57,271 bases of DNA from Actinomycetota bacterium. GTDB lineage: Bacteria > Actinomycetota > Acidimicrobiia > IMCC26256 > JAGPDB01. The stretch lies in NCBI GenBank assembly GCA_963169585.1, contig CAUJDU010000036.1:1-57271 (forward strand), given 5' to 3'. Under the pieces are notes generated by a model that saw nothing but the letters and a program-made list of their open reading frames with translations, searched no databases and was not told the origin of the DNA. Both the position numbers and the translations under genes were made by a program. Shown here one piece after another: positions 47,766 through 55,535 of the stretch. Each line of letters starts with the position of its first letter. Within the stretch, counting starts at the first letter, position 1.

Positions 47766-48782
47766 ATGTCAGATTTTCACCGACAACAAATGCAAGAGGC
47801 GATTTCCATCGCACAAAGTGTTCGTTGTATAACTTCACCAAATCCTTGGGTGGGCTGTGTGATCGTTAGCTTGACTGGTGAAGTGTTTACAGGAGCAACT
47901 TATGAGGATGGTATAAACCATGCAGAAATTGTGGCCCTGGCTAAAGCTGGCACTAAAGCGACTGGTGCAGATGTATATGTAACTTTAGAACCTTGTAATC
48001 ATAGGGGGAAAACTGGCCCATGCGTAAAAGCTTTAATTGATGCGGGAGTAAAAAAAGTTTTTGTTGGAATTATTGATCCAGATAAAAAAGTAAGTGGTGC
48101 TGGAATTGCAGAATTAGAAAACAATGGTATTGAGGTTGAGCTTGGACTTAAAAGTGGAACAATTTCTAAACAACTTGCTCCTTATATTAAACATAGAAAA
48201 TTGTCGAAACCCTATATAGTTTTAAAAATGGCGGTAACTATTGATGGGAATATTGCAGACGGTCGAGGAAATTCAAAATGGATAACTGGATATTTTGCAC
48301 GGGGAGATTCTCACCAGTTGCGTGCTCAATCTGATGTAATTATGGTTGGTGCGAATACTGTTCGCCTCGATAATCCGAGCTTGACTGTTAGAGATTGGAA
48401 GCCAGAAATTAATCCTAATAACGTTGACATTAATCCTCGACGGGTTGTCGTTGGTAAAGCAAGCCCAATATCAAAAATACAACCTTGTCTTGAGCTATCT
48501 GGAGATATAAAAGACATAATTGAACAATTGACTGACGATAATACTTTACAGATCTTGGTCGAAGGTGGGGGTACTTTAGCTCGAGCTTTTCATGAAGCGA
48601 ATCTGATTGACAAGTATGTTATTTATTTAGCGCCAGCGATTTTGGGCGGAGTTGGTACTAATATTTTTGGTGGTCCAACGGACAAAGTATTTAATGACCT
48701 GTGGAGAGGTGAAATTGAATCTATAAGTCAGATAGGATCAGATATTCGAATTGATATCGTGAATGGACATAATGACTATTAG
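47766..48782 (+). CDS. ribD: Bifunctional riboflavin biosynthesis deaminase/reductase RibD
   Basis: HAEIVAL and TLEPCNHRGKTGPC zinc-deaminase motifs plus a C-terminal reductase domain. Confidence 0.9.
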   Translation: MSDFHRQQMQEAISIAQSVRCITSPNPWVGCVIVSLTGEVFTGATYEDGINHAEIVALAKAGTKATGADVYVTLEPCNHRGKTGPCVKALIDAGVKKVFVGIIDPDKKVSGAGIAELENNGIEVELGLKSGTISKQLAPYIKHRKLSKPYIVLKMAVTIDGNIADGRGNSKWITGYFARGDSHQLRAQSDVIMVGANTVRLDNPSLTVRDWKPEINPNNVDINPRRVVVGKASPISKIQPCLELSGDIKDIIEQLTDDNTLQILVEGGGTLARAFHEANLIDKYVIYLAPAILGGVGTNIFGGPTDKVFNDLWRGEIESISQIGSDIRIDIVNGHNDY

Positions 48783-49392
48783 TAATAATCGAGAAGCGAT
48801 TTCTAAAATCTCGCAAGCGAAAGTTCCAACTTCTTGGGGGGATTTCATCTGCCATGTTTTCCAAAGCAAAATAGATGCAATAGAACACCTAGCTTTTGTT
48901 AAAGGTGATGTTGAAAATAATGAAAATGTTCTTGTTCGTATACATTCTGAATGTATTACTGGAGATATTTTTCATTCCAGAAAGTGTGACTGTGGAGACC
49001 AGTTGGGTAGAGCAATGGATGCAATCGCTAAAGATGGTGGCATATTTATATATTTGCGCGGACATGAAGGTCGTGGCATTGGGATTGGTGCAAAGATAAA
49101 AGCTTATAGTTTGCAAGAACAAGGCTTAGATACAGTCCAAGCCAACGAGGAACTCGGTTTCCCAGTTGACGACAGGAACTACGAAATCGCGGCATTGATT
49201 CTGCAAGAATTTAAGGTTGGCTCTATTGAGTTAATAACAAACAATATGAACAAGGTTGAAGAAGTCGAAAGTTTTGGAATAAAAGTAGCGAAAAGGATAT
49301 CTTTAATTCCTAACATCACAAATGAAAACCTTTCTTATCTAAAAACCAAAAATGCGAAACTTGGACATTTAATTGAAGGTGTTGACAGTTAA
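48763..49392 (+). CDS. ribA: GTP cyclohydrolase II, monofunctional (no RibB domain)
   Basis: RIHSECITGDIFHSRKCDCGDQL, 209 aa; overlaps ribD by 20 nt. Confidence 0.9.
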   Translation: MDIMTISNNREAISKISQAKVPTSWGDFICHVFQSKIDAIEHLAFVKGDVENNENVLVRIHSECITGDIFHSRKCDCGDQLGRAMDAIAKDGGIFIYLRGHEGRGIGIGAKIKAYSLQEQGLDTVQANEELGFPVDDRNYEIAALILQEFKVGSIELITNNMNKVEEVESFGIKVAKRISLIPNITNENLSYLKTKNAKLGHLIEGVDS

Positions 49393-50516
49393 TGTCAGAT
49401 GCTTTTATCACTGCTTTTGGAGAATATCTTCCTGGAGAGCCTGTTGATAACGATCACATTGAAGATTTTATAGGAATTATCGGTGATCAAATTTCTAAAT
49501 ATAAGAAGATGGTGTTACGACAAAACAAAATTGTATCCAGACATTATGCGTGTAATAAAGATGGGCAATTTGAGTTTACGGTTGCACAAATAGCAGCTAA
49601 AGCAATTGAAGATGCGATAGATAACTCGCAAGCAGATATTAGTGATCTTGAGTTCCTGGCAACAAGCTGTTCTATCCATGATTCAATTATTCCTGGGCTG
49701 GCATCTTTAGTACACGGACAACTTGGGGCTGATCGCATTGACATTTCAAGCCATCAAAGTGTTTGTGGTAGCTCAATTATGGCCATGCGAAGTGCAGTAA
49801 ATGCAATACGATTAGAAGAATTCAAGCTGGCGTGTGTATCAGGGTCAGAAATTGCCAGTAGACATTTTCGTCCGACATTTTACGAAGGAACGCAACACTT
49901 TAAACAAGAAAATGCATTACCTCTAGAACAAGAATTTTTACGATACACACTTTCTGATGGTGCAGGTGCAGCAATAATTGAGTCTCGTCCAAATGTAAAT
50001 GCTATTTCATTGAAAGTTAAATGGATCAAAGCCCGTTCGTTTGCCAATAGATTTTCCACCTGCATGATTGGTGGTGCGATAAAAGAAGAAGGAAGGGTTA
50101 TTTCTTGGGGAAACCAGGAAAGTCTACAAGCGGCTATTGAAAAAGGGTGCTTTGCTTTATCTCAAGATCTAAAACTCGTATATGAAATGATCCCTGTTTG
50201 GGTGGGTCATTATCTATCGTTAGTCGAAGACGGGCTAATTGATCCAGAGAAAATCGACCACGTAGTAAGCCATTATTCATCGGAAAGTTTAAAGGCAGAA
50301 GTTGTTAAACTGTTAACGAAAGCTGGCGTAATGATCGATGAAGAAAAATGGTTTTCTAATTTAACTTATAAAGGAAATACTGGGTCTGCTTCAATTTTTA
50401 TTTTACTTAACGAATTATTCTATTCGGGCAAATTAAAAGTGGGCGATAGTGTTCTTTGTCATGTCCCCGAAAGTGGACAGGCTTATAATTCATTTATGCT
50501 TTTGGAAGTTGTGTGA
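49392..50516 (+). CDS. KAS III (FabH)-like thiolase-fold condensing enzyme of unknown specificity
   Basis: Cys-His-Asn candidates in SVCGSS, VSHYSS and KGNTGSAS. TAATG overlap with ribA. Confidence 0.8.
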   Translation: MSDAFITAFGEYLPGEPVDNDHIEDFIGIIGDQISKYKKMVLRQNKIVSRHYACNKDGQFEFTVAQIAAKAIEDAIDNSQADISDLEFLATSCSIHDSIIPGLASLVHGQLGADRIDISSHQSVCGSSIMAMRSAVNAIRLEEFKLACVSGSEIASRHFRPTFYEGTQHFKQENALPLEQEFLRYTLSDGAGAAIIESRPNVNAISLKVKWIKARSFANRFSTCMIGGAIKEEGRVISWGNQESLQAAIEKGCFALSQDLKLVYEMIPVWVGHYLSLVEDGLIDPEKIDHVVSHYSSESLKAEVVKLLTKAGVMIDEEKWFSNLTYKGNTGSASIFILLNELFYSGKLKVGDSVLCHVPESGQAYNSFMLLEVV

Positions 50517-51184
50517 AAATGTCTAGCGAATCTGTAATGCGTAATTTATTGATTGTCTGGACAGATTTTGAATCACGTTTAAACACTGTTCCTATAATGA
50601 AAAAATTAAATAATGGTCGATTTAGCATTGAAGATTATAAAGAGCTATTAGTCAATCACCGCCAGCAAGTTGTTGAAGGGTCTAGATGGATTGCACGTGC
50701 TGCTTCAAGCATTACGTCGGATTATCTTGAACAACGTTCGACCTTTTTAAAACACAGTGTAACTGAACATAGAGACTACGAAATGTTAGAGAACCAATTT
50801 TGTGCAATTGGTGGAACACTCGAGGAAATCCGAAATGCTCCTAAAAACATTGGTACTGAAATATTTCATTCTTATATGTACGAACAATCAAGCCAGCAAA
50901 ACCCGTTTCATCTGCTTGGATCAATGTTTATAATTGAAGGTTTAGGACAAAGGAAGGCTAAACGCTGGGGTTTAGCTATTAAGGATCAACTTGATTTAGA
51001 CGACAAAGCAGTTGAGTTCTACATCTATCATGGAGACAACGATCCAGAGCATATGGAAGAATTCGAACATAGCTTGAATTCAGGAATTTTAGAAATAGAG
51101 TCAATGGGCGAAAAGATAGTTAAGACGGCAAAGATCACTGCTTTACTTTATGAGCTGCAGTTGCGTGAGATTGGAAACTATTGA
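50513..51184 (+). CDS. Heme-oxygenase-like fold protein (iron-containing redox enzyme family), candidate diiron oxidase
   Basis: All-helical 223-aa ORF with Glu/His candidates on separate segments (E55, E85-H86, E142, H173, D177/E179-H180). Overlaps the KAS III gene by 4 nt. Confidence 0.55.
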   Translation: MKMSSESVMRNLLIVWTDFESRLNTVPIMKKLNNGRFSIEDYKELLVNHRQQVVEGSRWIARAASSITSDYLEQRSTFLKHSVTEHRDYEMLENQFCAIGGTLEEIRNAPKNIGTEIFHSYMYEQSSQQNPFHLLGSMFIIEGLGQRKAKRWGLAIKDQLDLDDKAVEFYIYHGDNDPEHMEEFEHSLNSGILEIESMGEKIVKTAKITALLYELQLREIGNY

Positions 51185-51768
51185 TGGATAATAGACTTGA
51201 GATGCTAGTTCTCAATCTAATTCTGTTTGTTATTTTACCACTTTGGGGTTTTTCTGGTTTGTGGGATTGGTGGTGTCACAAAAAATCTAACATCGAGAAA
51301 ACATCTGGTCTTAAAGAATCATTGATCCATGCATTAATGGGTATACAAATTGCTATTCCTATGCTTATCGGAATATTTTTTCAATTTTCGGTTTTAACAT
51401 ATTTGATAATGCTTGCATGTTTAGTTTCTCACGAAGTGGTTGCACATTGGGATGTTCATTATTCGGCACCTAAACGAGAGATAACTATCTGGGAAATGCA
51501 CGCACATAATTATTTGGCAACTATCCCTTTGTATCTGATCGCGTTGATAAGTGTTTTGGGTTGGGAAACGGTAAAGGATACTTTTACTTTGCAATGGTCA
51601 GGATCAATGTATTTTCGACTACGAGATGTTCCAATAGGTGGAGATAAATATTATGTAATATATGGTGTTTTTATTGCATTGGTTTGTGGCTTCCCTTATG
51701 TAGCTGAAATACTACGTTGCTTAAGACATAGGAAAAAGGTAGGAAAAGATGGCAGTGTCACAACGTGA
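51181..51768 (+). CDS. Small polytopic membrane protein with clustered histidines
   Basis: ~4-5 TM helices. His motifs WWCHKK, LIHAL, SHEVVAHWDVHY, EMHAHNY. Overlaps the upstream gene. Confidence 0.55.
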   Translation: MMDNRLEMLVLNLILFVILPLWGFSGLWDWWCHKKSNIEKTSGLKESLIHALMGIQIAIPMLIGIFFQFSVLTYLIMLACLVSHEVVAHWDVHYSAPKREITIWEMHAHNYLATIPLYLIALISVLGWETVKDTFTLQWSGSMYFRLRDVPIGGDKYYVIYGVFIALVCGFPYVAEILRCLRHRKKVGKDGSVTT

Positions 51769-52600
51769 TTTTGAAAGCCCATATATAAAAGCAATACTTA
51801 AAGATAGATCTTTACCGATCGCTGATATTGCTGTTGGGATGTGGGTCAAGGATTTGAAAGGTCCATTACGTTTGGTTGTTATGCCTGTATTGCGGGTGAT
51901 GCTATCGGGATTACTAATTTTGATATGGACTATTAAGAGGGCGTGCCCGATACAATTTAGTTCTCATAACAACTTACAAAAATTAATTTGTTGGTTTTGT
52001 GAGAATTTTGTGACTCCAGAAGCTAATTATTTAATTTTGCGACACTTCTGGGCAGAGTCAAATATCATCAATTTTTTGATTGATAACGAAGATCCACAAG
52101 CACCAGATTCTGTTGATGAGATTGCTCCGCTTGAACTATATCCGGATACGATAGCACAGATGATGCAAGCAAGTTTTGTTGATCACGATCAAGAACTTTT
52201 CCGATACTTTAAAGAATCTAGTTCTACGCCAGTTAAGAAGCCGCTAAAGAAGGCAGATTTGAAATGGGATAATTGGAGAGAGATTGATATTGATGAAAAT
52301 GTTTTGAAAGGAAAACCTACACAACGAATCGATTTTGAAACAGCACACGTGTTGTTCATGTGTATATTCTGTTTATTTTTAACAGCTGATGAATATCGTG
52401 CAGCAATTAACGGTTTTAATTTAGATCAGTCAATGGCAATTCGTATAGGAGCGATTATTGGCGATAGTTCAGTTGAAACTTATGCTTACAATAAACATCC
52501 ACTGTATTTATTAGGTCCGATCGATTTAACACGTAGATTTATTTTGCATGGATTTTTTACGGAGTATATGCACGAGCGACTTTTGCAGGAGAAGAAATAA
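51749..52600 (+). CDS. Hypothetical protein (orphan) with one or two hydrophobic segments
   Basis: 283-aa ORF overlapping the upstream gene by 20 nt. I recognise no motif. Confidence 0.5.
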   Translation: MAVSQRDFESPYIKAILKDRSLPIADIAVGMWVKDLKGPLRLVVMPVLRVMLSGLLILIWTIKRACPIQFSSHNNLQKLICWFCENFVTPEANYLILRHFWAESNIINFLIDNEDPQAPDSVDEIAPLELYPDTIAQMMQASFVDHDQELFRYFKESSSTPVKKPLKKADLKWDNWREIDIDENVLKGKPTQRIDFETAHVLFMCIFCLFLTADEYRAAINGFNLDQSMAIRIGAIIGDSSVETYAYNKHPLYLLGPIDLTRRFILHGFFTEYMHERLLQEKK

Positions 52601-52659
52601 CGTCCCTATTCTTGAGTTCTGTGATGGGCCGATTAAGCACCTAACAGCGACGATTCCTG

Positions 52660-52728
52660 CACTCACTTGTATTTAATTCCGCGTTGGCGGGAGTTTCATG
52701 ACATATACGCACGGAATTAAATAGAGTG
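52660..52728. other. Long-stem hairpin between the cassette end and tRNA-Leu
   Basis: atttaattccg (52671-52681) pairs with cggaattaaat (52712-52722). An outer cactc (52660-52664)/gagtg (52724-52728) pair extends the stem. Confidence 0.4.
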
Positions 52729-52737
52729 CGAGCGGAG
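52721..52737. repeat. Direct repeat of the tRNA-Leu 3' end plus flank
   Basis: atagagtGcgagcggag (52721-52737) versus atagagtAcgagcggag (52785-52801), 16 of 17 nt identical. Confidence 0.6.
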
Positions 52738-52790
52738 ACCTGAATTGTTGCAGTCCCTGAGGGTTGGAGTCCCTCTTAGTCTTTATAGAG

Positions 52791-52873
52791 TACGAGCGGA
52801 GGGACTTGAACCCTCACGTCCAATGGACACTAGGACCTAAACCTAGCGCGTCTGCCAATTCCGCCACGCTCGC
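52791..52873 (-). tRNA. tRNA-Leu, anticodon UAG
   Basis: Hand-folded cloverleaf. Acceptor GCGAGCG/CGCTCGT, anticodon arm CTAGG-TTTAGGT-CCTAG, long variable arm GTCC-ATT-GGAC, T arm GAGGG-TTCAAGT-CCCTC, discriminator A. CCA is not encoded. Confidence 0.9.
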
Positions 52874-52956
52874 GAGAAAACACAGTTTAGACCCATCGGC
52901 ACCATAAAGACACAATTGCGGATAGAATCAGATAGATTATTTTTTAATATTAGGAC

Positions 52957-54330
52957 TTGACCCTGGAAAGAGGAGAGATGGCTCGCGATTTAAATGCAAA
53001 AGCACGTGAAATTACTGAGAGGGAAAAAGAACTCTATGCGAAACGCACTCAAGAGTCCAAGAGACATACTGAGCGGGCAGCCAAAGTTATGCCATTGGGA
53101 GTTCCGAGTTCGTTGCAATATTATGATCCGAACCCGGTAGTAGCTAAATCTGCTCAAGGGTCATGGCTTGAAGATGTGGACGGAAATCATTACATCGATT
53201 TCAATATGGGATTTGGCGCGTTACTTGCCGGGCACTGTCATCCGGCCCTTAAAACTGCAGTTACTGATCAGCTAGAACATGGAACCCTTTTTGTTACACC
53301 TTGTGATACCAACGCCCAGGTTGCTGAATTGCTATGCGAACGTTTTGGTTTCGATATGTTTCGTTTCACAAACTGCGGTAACGAATCAACGCTTGATGCG
53401 ATTCGTTTAGCAAGAGGCTATACCGGTCGCGATAAAATCGTAAAACTTGAAGGCGGATATCATGGTCATCACGATGATGCAATGATATCTGTTAAACCTT
53501 CTTTGGATGTAGCAGGGCCAGAAGATAGCCCTGTTTCTATTCCGTGGAGTAAAGGTATTACGCAAGCAGTTTTAAACGATGTAACGGTCGTTCCTTACAA
53601 CAATCCTGTTGCTCTCGAAAAAGTATTAGCAAACGGAGAATATGCAGCATTTTTCTTAGAACCTGTAATGGAAAATATTGGGATCTGTTTGCCTGACGAC
53701 GACTATTTGAAACAGGTACGCGAAATTACACAAAGGTATGGAACCCTTTTGATTTTCGACGAAGTCAAAACAGGTTTAACTTCTGGAAATGGCACTACCC
53801 AAGAACGTTTCGGTGTTCAACCAGACCTTATTTGTTTAGCTAAAGCCATTGGTGGCGGTTTACCTATTGGTGCTTATGGCGGTTCAAAAGAAATTATGGA
53901 CGTGATAACTAGAGGAGAAGTTCTACATATGGGAACTTACGTGGGTAATCCTTTAGTGATGGCTGCGAGTTATGCTGTTTTATCAGAGATTTGTACTCCT
54001 GAAGCTATTGATAAAGCAACCGCTTTGAATACTTCGATGATTCATAAAATTAACGAAGTAATCTCAGAATATGATTTACCTGCACACACTATCAATAGAG
54101 GCGTTAAGGGATGTATTACTTGGGCTAAAGAACCGATACGTAACTACAGGCAATATAAAGAAACCGATTTTGAAATAGCTTATGCGCAGTGGATTTATGG
54201 CATCAATCGTGGAATTTTACTTCCGCCGGGTCTAGATGAGCAATGGCTAGTTAGCGTGCAACACAGCGAAGAGGACTGCCAAACTCATGTGGATATGTTG
54301 GAAGCTTTCGCAGTTGAGCTGACCTCGTAG
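52957..54330 (+). CDS. Class III aminotransferase, glutamate-1-semialdehyde aminomutase-like paralogue
   Basis: LEGGYHGHHD and DLICLAKAIGGGLPIGAYGG (PLP Lys) motifs. Start uncertain (TTG 52957 or ATG 52978). Confidence 0.85.
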   Translation: MTLERGEMARDLNAKAREITEREKELYAKRTQESKRHTERAAKVMPLGVPSSLQYYDPNPVVAKSAQGSWLEDVDGNHYIDFNMGFGALLAGHCHPALKTAVTDQLEHGTLFVTPCDTNAQVAELLCERFGFDMFRFTNCGNESTLDAIRLARGYTGRDKIVKLEGGYHGHHDDAMISVKPSLDVAGPEDSPVSIPWSKGITQAVLNDVTVVPYNNPVALEKVLANGEYAAFFLEPVMENIGICLPDDDYLKQVREITQRYGTLLIFDEVKTGLTSGNGTTQERFGVQPDLICLAKAIGGGLPIGAYGGSKEIMDVITRGEVLHMGTYVGNPLVMAASYAVLSEICTPEAIDKATALNTSMIHKINEVISEYDLPAHTINRGVKGCITWAKEPIRNYRQYKETDFEIAYAQWIYGINRGILLPPGLDEQWLVSVQHSEEDCQTHVDMLEAFAVELTS

Positions 54331-54439
54331 CACTCTTTTTTCGTAAGAATAAACTAAGAGATACGACAGCTTGGTAGGTATTGCGCTATGCTCACAAGTG
54401 GAGATTAAAAGAATCTTCACTTAGTGAATAGAGTATGTA

Positions 54440-54646
54440 GTGACTACAGGTACAGTAAAATTTTTTAATTCGGAAAAAGGTTTCGGCTTCATTTCCCGAG
54501 AAGATGGCGAAAAGGACGTATTCGTTCACTTTTCAAATATTGAAGGCGAAGGCCACAAATCTCTCGACGATGGTGCAAAGGTTGAATTCGAAGTTGTTGC
54601 CGGCGCAAAGGGTGACGAAGCTCATAACGTACGTGTAGTTCAATAA
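54440..54646 (+). CDS. cspA: Cold-shock protein (CspA family)
   Basis: [18 protein letters not shown]1 and VFVHFS RNP2 motifs. Confidence 0.95.
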   Translation: MTTGTVKFFNSEKGFGFISREDGEKDVFVHFSNIEGEGHKSLDDGAKVEFEVVAGAKGDEAHNVRVVQ

Positions 54647-54725
54647 CAACTATTGCGGGTCTTCCCATACAATAAAACTTGCCTTAAATCTTGCGCGATG
54701 TCCGTTTATACATTACTCTGTATAA

Positions 54726-55259
54726 ATGCCTTCTAAGCATGATCAAAGCGCACTAGATCAACTATCATTCATACCTCTTACTGATAAGTGGGTAAACCTA
54801 ATTTGGCCATTCATAGAACCAGAATCCCAAGAAATGCCTAAATCTTGGCCTAAAACCAAAGAAGAGCTTCTAAAATGGGCATTAGGTACAAAGAAAAAAC
54901 AGACCATTGCTGATCGTTCTCTGATTTTGCGTGTTGAAGATGGTGGCGATCATCTCAACCCTGTTGGCATTATTACTGGCGACTTGGTACGAGGGCTAAA
55001 TAAAGAGATATTTCCTGGTGCTAATTTTGGCGACGTAAATATCGCATATTTTATTTTCACAAAATATCGTGGGCAGGGGATAGCTCAACAAGCACTTAAT
55101 GAAGTCCGTCAGGCTTGGCAAGAGGATCGAAAAAATCCTCTATTAAGAATCGCACCCGATAATTTAGCTTCACAAGCGGTTGCAAAGGGTGCTGGTTTTA
55201 TTCATGTTGAGACCGTTACAGTTAAAGAACGTGAGTTCCTAATCTTTAAGCCTGCCTAA
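54726..55259 (+). CDS. GNAT family N-acetyltransferase
   Basis: YRGQGIAQQALNEV acetyl-CoA-binding motif; 177 aa. Confidence 0.7.
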   Translation: MPSKHDQSALDQLSFIPLTDKWVNLIWPFIEPESQEMPKSWPKTKEELLKWALGTKKKQTIADRSLILRVEDGGDHLNPVGIITGDLVRGLNKEIFPGANFGDVNIAYFIFTKYRGQGIAQQALNEVRQAWQEDRKNPLLRIAPDNLASQAVAKGAGFIHVETVTVKEREFLIFKPA

Positions 55260-55331
55260 TCATGTTTTGGTGAGGTTTTCTGCCTTATAGTGTATAAAAA
55301 TCGCACCAGAGCAAGACCATCGGTTGAACAA

Positions 55332-55360
55332 TTGACACAAAAACGGACAATATCTATAAT
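55332..55360 (+). promoter_or_regulatory. Perfect consensus sigma-70-type promoter
   Basis: TTGACA (55332-55337), exactly 17 nt, TATAAT (55355-55360). Confidence 0.6.
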
Positions 55361-55459
55361 CTATGTTCGTATATGAATACTTTGATGACAACCCCGATGA
55401 TGCGTATGGTAATGCTATGCCCGAGGCTGGTTTCTTAGTTCTATTCTGAGCAGTTTTTG

Positions 55460-55491
55460 AACCCACCAGCTTCGGGCTGGTGGGTTTTTTA
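55460..55491 (+). terminator. Rho-independent terminator
   Basis: ACCCACCAGC-ttcgg-GCTGGTGGGT stem followed by TTTTTT (55485-55490). Confidence 0.8.
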
Positions 55492-55535
55492 GTTTTCAGA
55501 TCTCCCAAACAAGATGGGAATGGTAAAGGGTAATC

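Noticed and set aside
47750-47770. Expected an FMN riboswitch upstream of ribD
   Set aside because: Only 3 nt separate the rpiA stop from the ribD start, so there is no space for an aptamer.
55260-55508. 82-aa minus-strand ORF filling the GNAT/flavoprotein spacer
   Set aside because: The same interval carries a perfect plus-strand promoter and a plus-strand intrinsic terminator. The ORF has a low-complexity basic composition and no ribosome-binding site.
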